DNA of 51,622 nt from Planctomycetaceae bacterium (lineage in GTDB: Bacteria; Planctomycetota; Planctomycetia; Pirellulales; UBA1268). Every line of letters begins with the position of its first letter. Position 1 is the first letter of the stretch. Made by a program: the position numbers and the translations under genes. The notes under the pieces are model-generated. The model did not search any database. It saw nothing but the letters and a program-made list of their open reading frames with translations, and was not told the origin of the DNA. Below are positions 8,522 through 17,138 of this stretch, piece after piece. The stretch is from positions 1 to 51,622 of the forward strand of contig JAIXPT010000338.1 of assembly GCA_027486095.1 (NCBI GenBank). Reading direction: 5' to 3'.

Positions 8522-9157
8522 TCAGCCGCCGTCGAGGGCTTGGAGTGACAGCCGCACGTCGCGGAGTCGAGCCAGCGTCTTCGGCGTGCGCAGCTCAGGG
8601 TACTCCTCCATCAATGCGACGACATCGGCGAGGTCGTGCTGCCGTTTGCTGGGTCGGCGGCGCGGCTCAGCGGCGGCCTCCAGTTTGAGGACGATCAGGT
8701 CGGCTGGCATCGCCACCCGCATGCGGAGGCCATCCGAGAGATCTGTCAGCTCAGCATGCAAAACGGCGTCGGCGATCCCTACGTCCTCGGCGGAAAACTG
8801 AACCGTCGTCCGCAGGCTGCCCGGCCCCGTGGGTGGCGCGCGCCAGTTGTCGCTGTGCTCGTGGCGACCCGTGTGATCAAAGCCGGCGGCCAGCAGTGCG
8901 GCCCGCGGGACGTCGTCGAACCGTGGCACCGCGACGTCGATATCGAGGGTGGTGCGAGGCTCCGTCGTGCGGATCTGCACTGCCACGCCGCCGATCAATG
9001 CGTACGACACACCCGCTTGATTGAGCAGATCTGCCACGAGCCGGAGCGGCCGTTCTTTTGTATCACTCGGATCGATTCCCATCATTTCGGCCCACAGGGA
9101 GTCGAGCCGAAACCCGACCGCCATCCGGCTGCGAGCTGTCTCGGGTGCGGTGCTCAT
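8522..9157 (-). CDS. Nucleotidyltransferase-fold protein (AbiEii/DUF6036-like), solitary
   Basis: ALIGGVAVQIRTTEPRTTLDIDVAV is the hG[GS]..DxD minimal NTase signature. The C-terminal helical part reads DLIVLKLEAA...KRQHDLADVVAL. Start re-called to ATG 9157. Confidence 0.6.
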   Translation of the reverse strand: MSTAPETARSRMAVGFRLDSLWAEMMGIDPSDTKERPLRLVADLLNQAGVSYALIGGVAVQIRTTEPRTTLDIDVAVPRFDDVPRAALLAAGFDHTGRHEHSDNWRAPPTGPGSLRTTVQFSAEDVGIADAVLHAELTDLSDGLRMRVAMPADLIVLKLEAAAEPRRRPSKRQHDLADVVALMEEYPELRTPKTLARLRDVRLSLQALDGG

Positions 9158-9327
9158 GATGAAACTATAACCCGACCGATTAAGCCAGTGTAGATCCCTG
9201 GGCACGGGGGAAAGGATCGGGGACTGATTCTCACGGAATGGCCGACCTGGCCCGGGCGTCAACGGCGCCCGCCTACGGCGGATAAGATGGGCGCGACGCG
9301 GGATCATGCCGCGCCGCAGGAGATGCC

Positions 9328-10476
9328 ATGAAGATCACGAAGCTCACGACGTTTCTCGTCCCGCCACGCTGGTGCTTCCTCAAGGTGGAGACCGACGCAG
9401 GCATTTCCGGCTGGGGCGAGCCGGTGGTCGAGGGGCGGGCGCACACCGTCGCTGCGGCCGTCGATGAGCTATCCGACTATCTCGTGGGCAAGGATCCGCG
9501 GCACATCGAGGATCACTGGACGGTGCTCTACCGCGGCGGGTTTTACCGTGGCGGGGCCATCCACATGAGCGCGCTGGCGGGCATCGACCAGGCCCTCTGG
9601 GACATCAAGGGCAAGGCGCTCGGCGTGCCCGTGTACGAACTCCTCGGCGGCAAGGTCCGCGACCGGATCCGTGTCTACTCCTGGATCGGTGGCGACCGCC
9701 CTGGCGAGACGGCGGCCCAGGCGAAGGAGCGGGCAGCCCGGGGATTCACGGCCGTCAAGATGAACGCCTCCGAGGAACTGCAATACCTCGACACATTCGA
9801 CAAAGTCGATGCCGTGCTCGCCAACGTGGCGGCGATCCGCGAGGCCGTGGGCCCAGACTTCGGGATCGGCGTCGATTTCCACGGCCGCGTGCACAAGCCG
9901 ATGGCCAAGGTGCTCTTCAAGGAGCTCGCCCCATACCGGCTGATGTTCGTCGAGGAGCCCGTGCTCAGCGAACACGCCGAGGCGCTCAAGGAGATCGCCC
10001 CGCTCGCCGGCATCCCGATCGCGCTCGGCGAGCGGCTCTGCTCACGCTGGGACTTCAAGCAGATTCTCCAGGCGGGCTACGTCGATATCATCCAGCCCGA
10101 TCCATCGCACGCGGGCGGCATCACGGAGACGCGGAAGATCGCCCACATGGCCGAGGCCTACGACGTGGCGCTCGCCCTCCACTGCCCGCTCGGGCCGATC
10201 GCGCTGGCCGTGAATCTGCAGCTCGACGCCGGCTGCTACAACGCCTTCATCCAGGAGCAGAGCCTGGGCATCCACTACAACCAGGGCAACGACCTGCTCG
10301 ACTACGTTGCGAATCCGCAGGTCTTCGACTACGCCGACGGCTACGTGAGGATCCCAGACGGCCCCGGCCTCGGCATCGAAGTCAACGAGACCTACGTACG
10401 CGAGCGGGCGGCCGTCGGCCACCGCTGGCGCAATCCGATCTGGCGGCATGCCGACGGCAGCTTCGCCGAGTGGTGA
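9328..10476 (+). CDS. dgoD: D-galactonate dehydratase (enolase superfamily)
   Basis: The N-terminus [41 protein letters not shown]..., and the rest of the protein, track E. coli DgoD closely. AGGAGA SD precedes the ATG. Confidence 0.92.
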   Translation: MKITKLTTFLVPPRWCFLKVETDAGISGWGEPVVEGRAHTVAAAVDELSDYLVGKDPRHIEDHWTVLYRGGFYRGGAIHMSALAGIDQALWDIKGKALGVPVYELLGGKVRDRIRVYSWIGGDRPGETAAQAKERAARGFTAVKMNASEELQYLDTFDKVDAVLANVAAIREAVGPDFGIGVDFHGRVHKPMAKVLFKELAPYRLMFVEEPVLSEHAEALKEIAPLAGIPIALGERLCSRWDFKQILQAGYVDIIQPDPSHAGGITETRKIAHMAEAYDVALALHCPLGPIALAVNLQLDAGCYNAFIQEQSLGIHYNQGNDLLDYVANPQVFDYADGYVRIPDGPGLGIEVNETYVRERAAVGHRWRNPIWRHADGSFAEW

Positions 10477-10495
10477 GGGTCACCGCCGGTCTCCC

Positions 10496-10515
10496 CGAGC
10501 GGAGGCAGGCTCGGC
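10496..10515. terminator. Weak candidate bidirectional terminator hairpin between convergent genes
   Basis: ccgagc-ggaggcag-gctcgg is a 6-bp stem lying between the dgoD stop and the stop of the repeat protein gene. No U-tract. Confidence 0.25.
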
Positions 10516-10518
10516 CAG

Positions 10519-12579
10519 TCAGCTGCGCGTCGTCCTGACAGTCAGGCGAACCGCGGGCGAAAATCCCGCCGCCACCCCGTCGGCCGAGAGACCGCGGACG
10601 GTGAGGATGTGGACGCCCTCACCGAGCGGCGTCGGCACGATCGTCCAGCGGCCATTCACCGCGACCGTCGAGCCGACAGGGATCCCGTTGGCATACAGCG
10701 TGATCCGCTCGCCAGACCGGGCGACGCCACCGATCGGCGGGGCGGCCACGTTGGTCCGCGCGATTCCCGACGTGATGCGAGCCGATGTGCCCCGCACGAT
10801 CGGGGCGACGACCACGTTGTCGGCGAGATTCACCCGCAGGCCGGCGCCCTGCCAGCCGACGTACGGCAGGCCCGAGTTCACGATCAAAAACCCGCGGATC
10901 GTGGAGCCTGCACTGCCCTCCGGAATGTGGATGGCCTGCCCACTCTTGAAATCTCTGATCGTGCCCCCGTGACGGAGCGAGACGTTCGCGACGCCCGGGC
11001 GGATTTCGATGCCATGTCGGAAAGCATCCCGGCCGCCACCCGCGACGTTCACTCTTCCGGTGGCGGTGACGGCTGCGGCACTCTCGAAACGGATGCCCGC
11101 GAGTGCCGCCGTGGCACCGATCGGGCCGCCGAAAGCCACGGATCCTGAGCCGGCCGCGACGGCGAGAGGCTGACGGCCATCGATCGTGTGCGTGAACGTG
11201 ATCCCGCCCCCACCCGCCGCTGAATCCACCCGCGTCGGTCCCATGAGCCGCGCGGGGCCTGCAAATACGACGTCGCCGCTCAACGCCTTGATGCTGCCGA
11301 CGATCGCGATCAGGCCGTTCGCCGCCTGGAGGCGGATATCTCCAGCGACGATGTCGCGTGTGTCGAGCGTGCGAGGACGGCTCGGCAGCGAGGCGGCCTG
11401 GAACGACCGCAGCGACGCACTGGAGGCGGCCGGTTCCATCGCGAAGTCGATGCTCCCGCTCGTGCCACTGGCGGTCTGGCCCGTGCCACCGGCGGCGTTG
11501 ATCGATCCTGCCACGCTGATTCCGTCGCTCGCGGTCAGGGTGATCGAGCCGGCGTTGCCGCCGTAGGCTTTTGTGCCCGACCCGGCCTGTGTGCTCCCGC
11601 CGGCCACCGACAGCCCGCCCAGGCTGAGCGTGGTGCCGGCCTGCATCGTGATCGAGCCGCCGGCCCCGGCCGTAGCCGTGGCCGCCGATGACGACCCGTC
11701 GCTGGCGGTGCTGCCGCCGCCGGCCGACACGCCGCCCGGCACGCTGATTGAGCCGCCGGCCGTGAGCGTGATCGCGCCGCCTCGGCCCGCCGTCATCGAC
11801 CCCGCGCCGCTCGCCGTGGCGGTCGCGTTGCCGCCGTTCGCCGAGAGGGCGCCCGCGATGGAGATCGAGCCAATCGCATCGATGGCCACCGCATACCCGT
11901 TGCCGGCATCCAGCCCACCCGAGCCAGGCACCGGGCCGCTCGTATTCCAGCCGTCATTGAGCAGCGAGCCCGACATCGTGAACGACGCACAGGCGATCGA
12001 GATCGCGCCGGCGAATTCGTCGATATCGTCGATCGCGACGGCCCCCGAGGCCACGATGACGAGGCTTTCGCCAGGGCCATACACGGTCCCGGAGATCGAC
12101 ACCTCACCGGCGTAAATGGCCACTGGTCCGTTCACGCCGATGTAGTCTGCCGCGGCAATGCTGACCGTCGCGATCGGGCTCGTCTCGGATCCGATCGCGA
12201 GGGCCGGGCCGGGGTACGCTGCCGACAAGAGCGGAAGCTGGATCGCCGAGGTGAACCCGAAGAATTGGCCGCCGCCGTTGCTGGCGTTTACGACGTTGAC
12301 CGTAAACACGTCGTCGAAATAGCTGCCCGAGGAAACACCGGAAATCACGGTGCCCCCGAGCCCGGTCACCGTGAAATCGCCGTTGTCGTCGATTGCCAAC
12401 ACGGCAGCATCCGCGGCGGCCCCGTAGGTGAGCGTGAGCGTCATGTCGCTGAGCGACACATCGACGGCCAACGGCGTCTTCGCTTCGAGTGTCTCGAGGG
12501 CGGGTCGATATCCATACCGCTGGCCGCGTGATCTCCGGCGGGCCTGCCGACGGAGCACGGCATCGTACAACTGCCTCAT
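10519..12579 (-). CDS. Large secreted repeat protein (parallel beta-helix-like Gly/Ser/Ala repeats + C-terminal Ig-like domain)
   Basis: Reiterated units occur (GGAITLTAGGSISVPGG, GGSITMQAGTTLSLGG, GSITLTASDGISVAGS). The C-terminal ITLYANGIPVGSTVAVNGRWTIVP...ILTVRG is Ig-like. ATG 12579 has an AGAGAGG SD. The track start is GTG 12609. Confidence 0.7.
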   Translation of the reverse strand: MRQLYDAVLRRQARRRSRGQRYGYRPALETLEAKTPLAVDVSLSDMTLTLTYGAAADAAVLAIDDNGDFTVTGLGGTVISGVSSGSYFDDVFTVNVVNASNGGGQFFGFTSAIQLPLLSAAYPGPALAIGSETSPIATVSIAAADYIGVNGPVAIYAGEVSISGTVYGPGESLVIVASGAVAIDDIDEFAGAISIACASFTMSGSLLNDGWNTSGPVPGSGGLDAGNGYAVAIDAIGSISIAGALSANGGNATATASGAGSMTAGRGGAITLTAGGSISVPGGVSAGGGSTASDGSSSAATATAGAGGSITMQAGTTLSLGGLSVAGGSTQAGSGTKAYGGNAGSITLTASDGISVAGSINAAGGTGQTASGTSGSIDFAMEPAASSASLRSFQAASLPSRPRTLDTRDIVAGDIRLQAANGLIAIVGSIKALSGDVVFAGPARLMGPTRVDSAAGGGGITFTHTIDGRQPLAVAAGSGSVAFGGPIGATAALAGIRFESAAAVTATGRVNVAGGGRDAFRHGIEIRPGVANVSLRHGGTIRDFKSGQAIHIPEGSAGSTIRGFLIVNSGLPYVGWQGAGLRVNLADNVVVAPIVRGTSARITSGIARTNVAAPPIGGVARSGERITLYANGIPVGSTVAVNGRWTIVPTPLGEGVHILTVRGLSADGVAAGFSPAVRLTVRTTRS

Positions 12580-12609
12580 CGAAGCCTCTCTTTCTTGCAC
12601 TGCGTTCAC

Positions 12610-13419
12610 TCAGGCAAACGACCGCATGTACTCTAGACTGCGGCGGGCGAGTGTCTCGATGCCCGGGGAATAGTCGAACACTTCGACGCTCGTCCAGCCC
12701 GAATAGCCGACGCTTTCGAGGGCCGCGAAGATCGGCGCAAAGTCCACGGCCCCGAAGCCCGGGCCCTGCAGATTGGCGTCGTTGGCATGGAAGTGCGCGA
12801 GATGCCGGGCACTGGCCTCGATGATCTCGGGGATCGGGTCGGCCTCGCTCGACATCGCCTTCACGTCGAGCAGAAGCCTCACATGCGGCGACCCGATCCG
12901 CTCGATCAGGCGGCAGGTCTCGGCGGCCGTGGTGAGCACGTCTGTCTCATTCGGGGCGAGTGGTTCGAGCGCCACCACCGTGTCGGTCGCTTCGAGCGTC
13001 GGCACCAGCCGGCTGAACACGTCGGAAAGTCGGTCGAACGCCTCCTCCGGCGTCACGCCGGGCAGCAGGCTCCGCTGGCCCGGCGAGCCGAACACCATCA
13101 CGCGGCCGCCGAGCTCGCGGCACAGCCGGGCGAGGTCTGCGAGGTAGGTGAGCGTTCGCTCACGTACCTCGGCGTCGGGATGCGTGACATGAAATCCCTC
13201 CGTCTTGGCGAGCAGCCAGTGGAGCCCCACGCACTCGAGGCCGGCCCGCTCGATCGTGCGGCGAATATCCCGCCGCTGAGATGCGCTCACGTCCGTCGCC
13301 AGCCTGCCGAGCGTGAATGGAGCCACCTCCAGCCCCTCGTAGCCGCATGCCGCCGCGAAGTCGCAGGCTTTCTCCAGCGGCCAGTCTTGAAATGTCTCGT
13401 TGCAGATCGCGAAGCGCAT
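12610..13419 (-). CDS. Sugar phosphate isomerase/epimerase (xylose-isomerase-like TIM barrel, AP endonuclease 2 fold)
   Basis: MRFAICNETFQDWPLEKACDFAAACGYEGLEVAPFTL and the rest match the common PVC TIM-barrel family. The stop codon abuts the next ORF. Confidence 0.85.
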   Translation of the reverse strand: MRFAICNETFQDWPLEKACDFAAACGYEGLEVAPFTLGRLATDVSASQRRDIRRTIERAGLECVGLHWLLAKTEGFHVTHPDAEVRERTLTYLADLARLCRELGGRVMVFGSPGQRSLLPGVTPEEAFDRLSDVFSRLVPTLEATDTVVALEPLAPNETDVLTTAAETCRLIERIGSPHVRLLLDVKAMSSEADPIPEIIEASARHLAHFHANDANLQGPGFGAVDFAPIFAALESVGYSGWTSVEVFDYSPGIETLARRSLEYMRSFA

Positions 13420-13435
13420 GATTGAGCTTTGAGAG

Positions 13436-13505
13436 GATTACTGTCACGCGGGTCCCGTCGCTTCCGCTCCGGGCTTTATGTGGCCAGTGCAGGATCGGGC
13501 TTTTC
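13436..13505 (+). repeat. Interspersed repeat family A (core ggtcccgtcgcttccgctccgggcttt), copy 1
   Basis: About 70 nt are similar to the reverse complement of 27265..27340. The core also recurs at 39136..39160 and 40865..40889. Confidence 0.8.
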
Positions 13506-13525
13506 AATCATCACGAGTGGCGGGC

Positions 13526-14542
13526 TCAGGGGGCGAGCGGGGCCGGCGTGGTGGCGGCATACGCTTCATACGCCCGGCCGATGCCTGCCTGCTCTTCGTC
13601 GCCCTCGTGGAAGATGAAGCGGTGCCGCAGGCTGATGCGGTCACCCGCCGCGAGGGCCACCGCCCCGCTCTCGGCCTCCGGGTTCATCTGCTTCATGCCA
13701 AAGGGATTCGCGCAGAACAGGCCGTAGGTGCGCACATGCCAGGCCGTGGGGTGCCGGAAGCTCGATGGGTGGTTGAGGATCGCGATCCCGAGATGCTCGC
13801 CTTCGACAGGGCCGTGGTAATCCACCCAGGCGGCGTGCTTCGACCAGGCCTCGGCGTCGCGATCTCCGGCACTGTTCACGATGGTGCCGCCTGCTCGCCG
13901 ATCGACCGCCATGCTGTCGGGCACGCGGATATACACGCCGGCGTCCTTCATGTCGGCAAGCTGCACAGGGCCATGCGCCGCCACCAGATCGATATCGACA
14001 TCGATGATCCGCGCACTGTCGGCCGTCGCAAACGTCATCCTCCGCTCTTCGGCCACGAGCGGCCTGTTGGCCGCGTCCACGATGTCGTTGTGGGCGTGGA
14101 TGACGGCCGTCGTGCCGCCGGCGAGCGCGCGGTAGCCGCGATGCCTGATGGCCCCGAGCGTCGTCATCTTCTCGGCCTTCTTCGCATCCTCTCCATACCC
14201 GATCGTGGCGGCCTCGACCCACGTGTCGAATCCCGCCACCCCCTGATGGGCGAAGGTCAGCCCGCGCTGGTGCACATGGTCGGTCGTTTCACCAGGTTCA
14301 TCCGCCATGGGAAACGCCCGCGTCATCGCCTTGCCGGTCGGCCCGATGATCCGCCACAGGAAGGGCTTGTTGGCCCGATCGACGAAATACTCCGCGATTG
14401 GCTCGCCGTGAAGCCGGACGATCGCCCCCCCGGTGGCGGTTTTGGCCACCTCGAAAGGCTCGGCCGCCCGGGCGAGCCCTGTCGCCGTGCATCCCACGAC
14501 GGCCAGCCTGAGAACCACCCGCTGCCAACAAGGCCTGATCAT
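13526..14542 (-). CDS. PmoA-family / DUF6807-type protein (historical name; no methane-oxidation role implied)
   Basis: Signal peptide. KPFLWRIIGPTGKAMTR and DHVHQRGLTFAH motifs resemble the family usually paired with Gfo/Idh/MocA oxidoreductases in PVC genomes. It sits divergent to such a gene. Confidence 0.7.
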   Translation of the reverse strand: MIRPCWQRVVLRLAVVGCTATGLARAAEPFEVAKTATGGAIVRLHGEPIAEYFVDRANKPFLWRIIGPTGKAMTRAFPMADEPGETTDHVHQRGLTFAHQGVAGFDTWVEAATIGYGEDAKKAEKMTTLGAIRHRGYRALAGGTTAVIHAHNDIVDAANRPLVAEERRMTFATADSARIIDVDIDLVAAHGPVQLADMKDAGVYIRVPDSMAVDRRAGGTIVNSAGDRDAEAWSKHAAWVDYHGPVEGEHLGIAILNHPSSFRHPTAWHVRTYGLFCANPFGMKQMNPEAESGAVALAAGDRISLRHRFIFHEGDEEQAGIGRAYEAYAATTPAPLAP

Positions 14543-14611
14543 CGATCACACTCCGTGGAGAGGAACGCGGCCGCCGTACTATACTGCGGCTGTCCCGTGG
14601 AGAAAGCTTCC

Positions 14612-16084
14612 ATGCCGCTGACCCGTCGCAGTTTCGTTGAACGTGCGCTCTCCCTCGCCGCGGCCGCCACCGCTGCCGACCGGCTGTCGGTTGCCGCCGA
14701 CGCCACTCCCGGCCCGGCCCGCGCGGCCGGTCTGAACGAGAAGATTCGCGTGGCCGTGGTGGGCGTCGGCCCGGCAGGCCGCGGGTTTAGCCACATCGCC
14801 GGCTGGCTCGGCAATCCCACCGCCGAGCTCGTGGCCATCTGCGATTGCGACCCCGAAGCCGAGGGCCGCGTGGCCAAGCGGCTCGAAAAGAAGCCTGCCA
14901 AGCCGAGGTTTGAAAAAGACTACCGCCGGCTCCTCGAAGACGACTCGATCGACGTGATCTCGATCGCCACCCCCAACCACTGGCATGCCCTGATGGCGAT
15001 CTGGGCGATGCAGGCCGGCAAGGATGTGTATGTCGAGAAGCCTTGCAGCCACAACGTCGAGGAGGGCCGCGTGACCACGCAATGGGCCCGCAAGCTCGGC
15101 CGGATGTGCCAGATGGGCGCGCAGAGCCGCAGCATGACGGGCATGCGGCAGGCGATCGAATTCATCCACTCAGGGAAGATCGGCACGGTGAATCTGGCCC
15201 ATGCGCTCTGCTACAAGCGCCGCAAGAGCATCGGCCTCGTGGATACGCCCGCGCCCTTGCCGCCCGGGCTCGATTTCGATCTGTGGGCCGGGCCGGCACC
15301 GGCCGTCGTGCCGCATCGCGAGCGGCTGCATTACGACTGGCACTGGAACCGCCTCACCGGCAACGGCGACCTCGGCAATCAAAACCCTCACGAGCTCGAC
15401 AAGGCCCGCTGGGGCCTCGGCAAACAGACGCTGCCCACGCGGGTGGTGAGCCTCGGAGGTCGGCTCGGCTACCACGACAACGGTGACACTGCCAACAGCC
15501 AGATCACCCTCTTCCAGTGGGACGACGCCACGGTCGTCTCCGAGGTGCGCGGGCTCGAGCTCAAGACGCCGCCCACGATCGCCCGCCAGGCCGGCCCCGT
15601 CGCGGTGGCCAACATCTGGTGGGGCACCGAGGGCTATGTGGTCGCGCCCAGCTACAACAGTGCCGTGGCGTTCGACTACGACGGCAAAGAGCTCGGCAAG
15701 TGGTCGGGCGGCACCGACCAACTGCACTACGACAACTTCCTCGAGGCCGTGCGCAGCCGCGACCGCTCGACGCTGCACCTCGACATCGAAGACGGCCATC
15801 TCTCGAGCGCCATGGCGCACCTGGGCAACGTGTCGTGGGCGCTCGGCGAGAAGGCGAGCCTCGGCGCTCGGCCGAAGATCGCCGCCGCCGAGCCCCGTGT
15901 CGCCGAGACATTCGCCGCCTTCGAGGCCCACCTGCGCGACAATGCCATCGATGACTCCGACACGCCCTACCTGCTCGGCCGCGAGCTCGCGATCGACGCG
16001 GTCACCGAGACGTCGAGCGACGCCGAGGCCAATGCCCGCTTCAGCCGCGAGTATCGCAAGGGCTACGACTTGCCGCGGGTGTAG
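14612..16084 (+). CDS. Gfo/Idh/MocA-family oxidoreductase with Tat-type signal
   Basis: MPLTRRSFVERALSLAAAATAA is a twin-arginine-like leader. IRVAVVGVGPAGRG is the Rossmann motif, followed by EKPCSHN. Start re-called to ATG 14612 (GGAGAAAG SD). The 378-aa N-terminal extension in the track is antisense to the previous gene. Confidence 0.85.
   Translation: MPLTRRSFVERALSLAAAATAADRLSVAADATPGPARAAGLNEKIRVAVVGVGPAGRGFSHIAGWLGNPTAELVAICDCDPEAEGRVAKRLEKKPAKPRFEKDYRRLLEDDSIDVISIATPNHWHALMAIWAMQAGKDVYVEKPCSHNVEEGRVTTQWARKLGRMCQMGAQSRSMTGMRQAIEFIHSGKIGTVNLAHALCYKRRKSIGLVDTPAPLPPGLDFDLWAGPAPAVVPHRERLHYDWHWNRLTGNGDLGNQNPHELDKARWGLGKQTLPTRVVSLGGRLGYHDNGDTANSQITLFQWDDATVVSEVRGLELKTPPTIARQAGPVAVANIWWGTEGYVVAPSYNSAVAFDYDGKELGKWSGGTDQLHYDNFLEAVRSRDRSTLHLDIEDGHLSSAMAHLGNVSWALGEKASLGARPKIAAAEPRVAETFAAFEAHLRDNAIDDSDTPYLLGRELAIDAVTETSSDAEANARFSREYRKGYDLPRV
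16053..16081 (+). repeat. Left copy of a perfect 29-nt direct repeat (atcgcaagggctacgacttgccgcgggtg)
   Basis: Forms the last codons of the Gfo/Idh/MocA gene (..YRKGYDLPRV*). It is identical to 22253..22281. Confidence 0.95.
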
Positions 16085-16137
16085 CCTGTTCACCTCGACC
16101 GTGCCCCGCCCCCGAATGCCTCCCACGCACGGCTCCC

Positions 16138-16998
16138 ATGCACGAATGGATTCGCGATCTCGCCACCCGGCGATTCCCCAAGGGCGTGCGATCCCAGGGC
16201 GGCCAAGACTGGATTCTCGCCGAAATCTTCCGCCACGTCCCGACCGTCAACGCGCCGCCGTTCTGCGTCGAGTTTGGGTTTGATGCCGCCACGCTCGACG
16301 GCGGCACGGGTGCCAACGTCGCCGCGCTCGTGCTCGATCACGGCTGGCAGGCCCTGCTGCTCGATCGAAGTCACGAGAACCCGGCGATCAATTTGCGGCG
16401 GGAATTCCTCCATGCGGGGAATATCGTCGCGGTGTTCGCGAAGTGGGCTGTGCCGACGCAGCCCGACTACATCTCGATCGACGTCGATTCGACGGACCTC
16501 TGGCTCTTCCGCGCGCTCCTGCCACACTACCGTGCGGCCGTCTATTCGGTCGAGTACAACTGCCACTTTCCGCTCGAGCTTTCCGTCACCCGTGGCGACG
16601 ATGCCGATGCGTGCTGGCGCGGCGACCGCGGCTACGGGGCGTCGCTCACGGCACTCGCAGCCGTGGCCCGTGAACACGGCTATTCACTCGTCGCGGTCGA
16701 GCCCATGCTCGACGCATTTTTCATCCGCGACGACCTGCTCGACGACGGCTCACTGGAACGCGCACCACCCCTGGAAACGTGGCGATTCGCCACCGACCTG
16801 CGGATTCATGCCCCTGTGCAGCGGCGGCGCCACGTCGGCTCATGGCTCGATTACGACGTCTGGCGCGCGAGCGGCGGAACCGTCTCCGCCGCCCGGCGGG
16901 CAGCCCGCGCTGCCTGCCTCCCTTATCTCTGCGAGCCAGCCCAGCCTCCCTGGCTCACGCGGACGTGGCGGCACATCATGGGCCGCAAGGGCCATTAG
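16138..16998 (+). CDS. FkbM/Methyltransf_21-like protein (putative SAM-dependent methyltransferase)
   Basis: SQGGQDWILAEIF....CVEFGFDA...GWQALLLD resembles the SQxGED..L..F / V(D/E)xGA / GW.G.LIE pattern of FkbM-type methyltransferases. The match is degenerate. Confidence 0.5.
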   Translation: MHEWIRDLATRRFPKGVRSQGGQDWILAEIFRHVPTVNAPPFCVEFGFDAATLDGGTGANVAALVLDHGWQALLLDRSHENPAINLRREFLHAGNIVAVFAKWAVPTQPDYISIDVDSTDLWLFRALLPHYRAAVYSVEYNCHFPLELSVTRGDDADACWRGDRGYGASLTALAAVAREHGYSLVAVEPMLDAFFIRDDLLDDGSLERAPPLETWRFATDLRIHAPVQRRRHVGSWLDYDVWRASGGTVSAARRAARAACLPYLCEPAQPPWLTRTWRHIMGRKGH

Positions 16999-17138
16999 CC
17001 AGCTCACGCAGTCTGCGCACAGACGCAGCTTCGCGACGCAACCTCGAGACTTGGCACGAGTCGGGGCGATCCGGATTCCGATAGCCTCCACAGGCACCAA
17101 GTCACTGGTAAGCCGTCGCTTTCACGAAGACCTGACGA

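Noticed and set aside
13526-14542. The family name 'PmoA' suggesting particulate methane monooxygenase.
   Set aside because: The protein is a soluble or secreted ~330-aa protein with no relation to the membrane PmoA subunit. No pmoB/pmoC genes are present, and the context is sugar oxidation.
13478-14611. N-terminal 378 aa of the 868-aa track ORF. Analogous extensions occur at 22743..23141, 27191..27499, 34049..34600, 37279..37659, 42393..42821 and 49373..49609.
   Set aside because: The extensions overlap neighbouring real genes or repeat elements and have no homology-like features. Internal ATGs with SD-like sequences, followed by signal peptides or conserved N-termini, give better starts.
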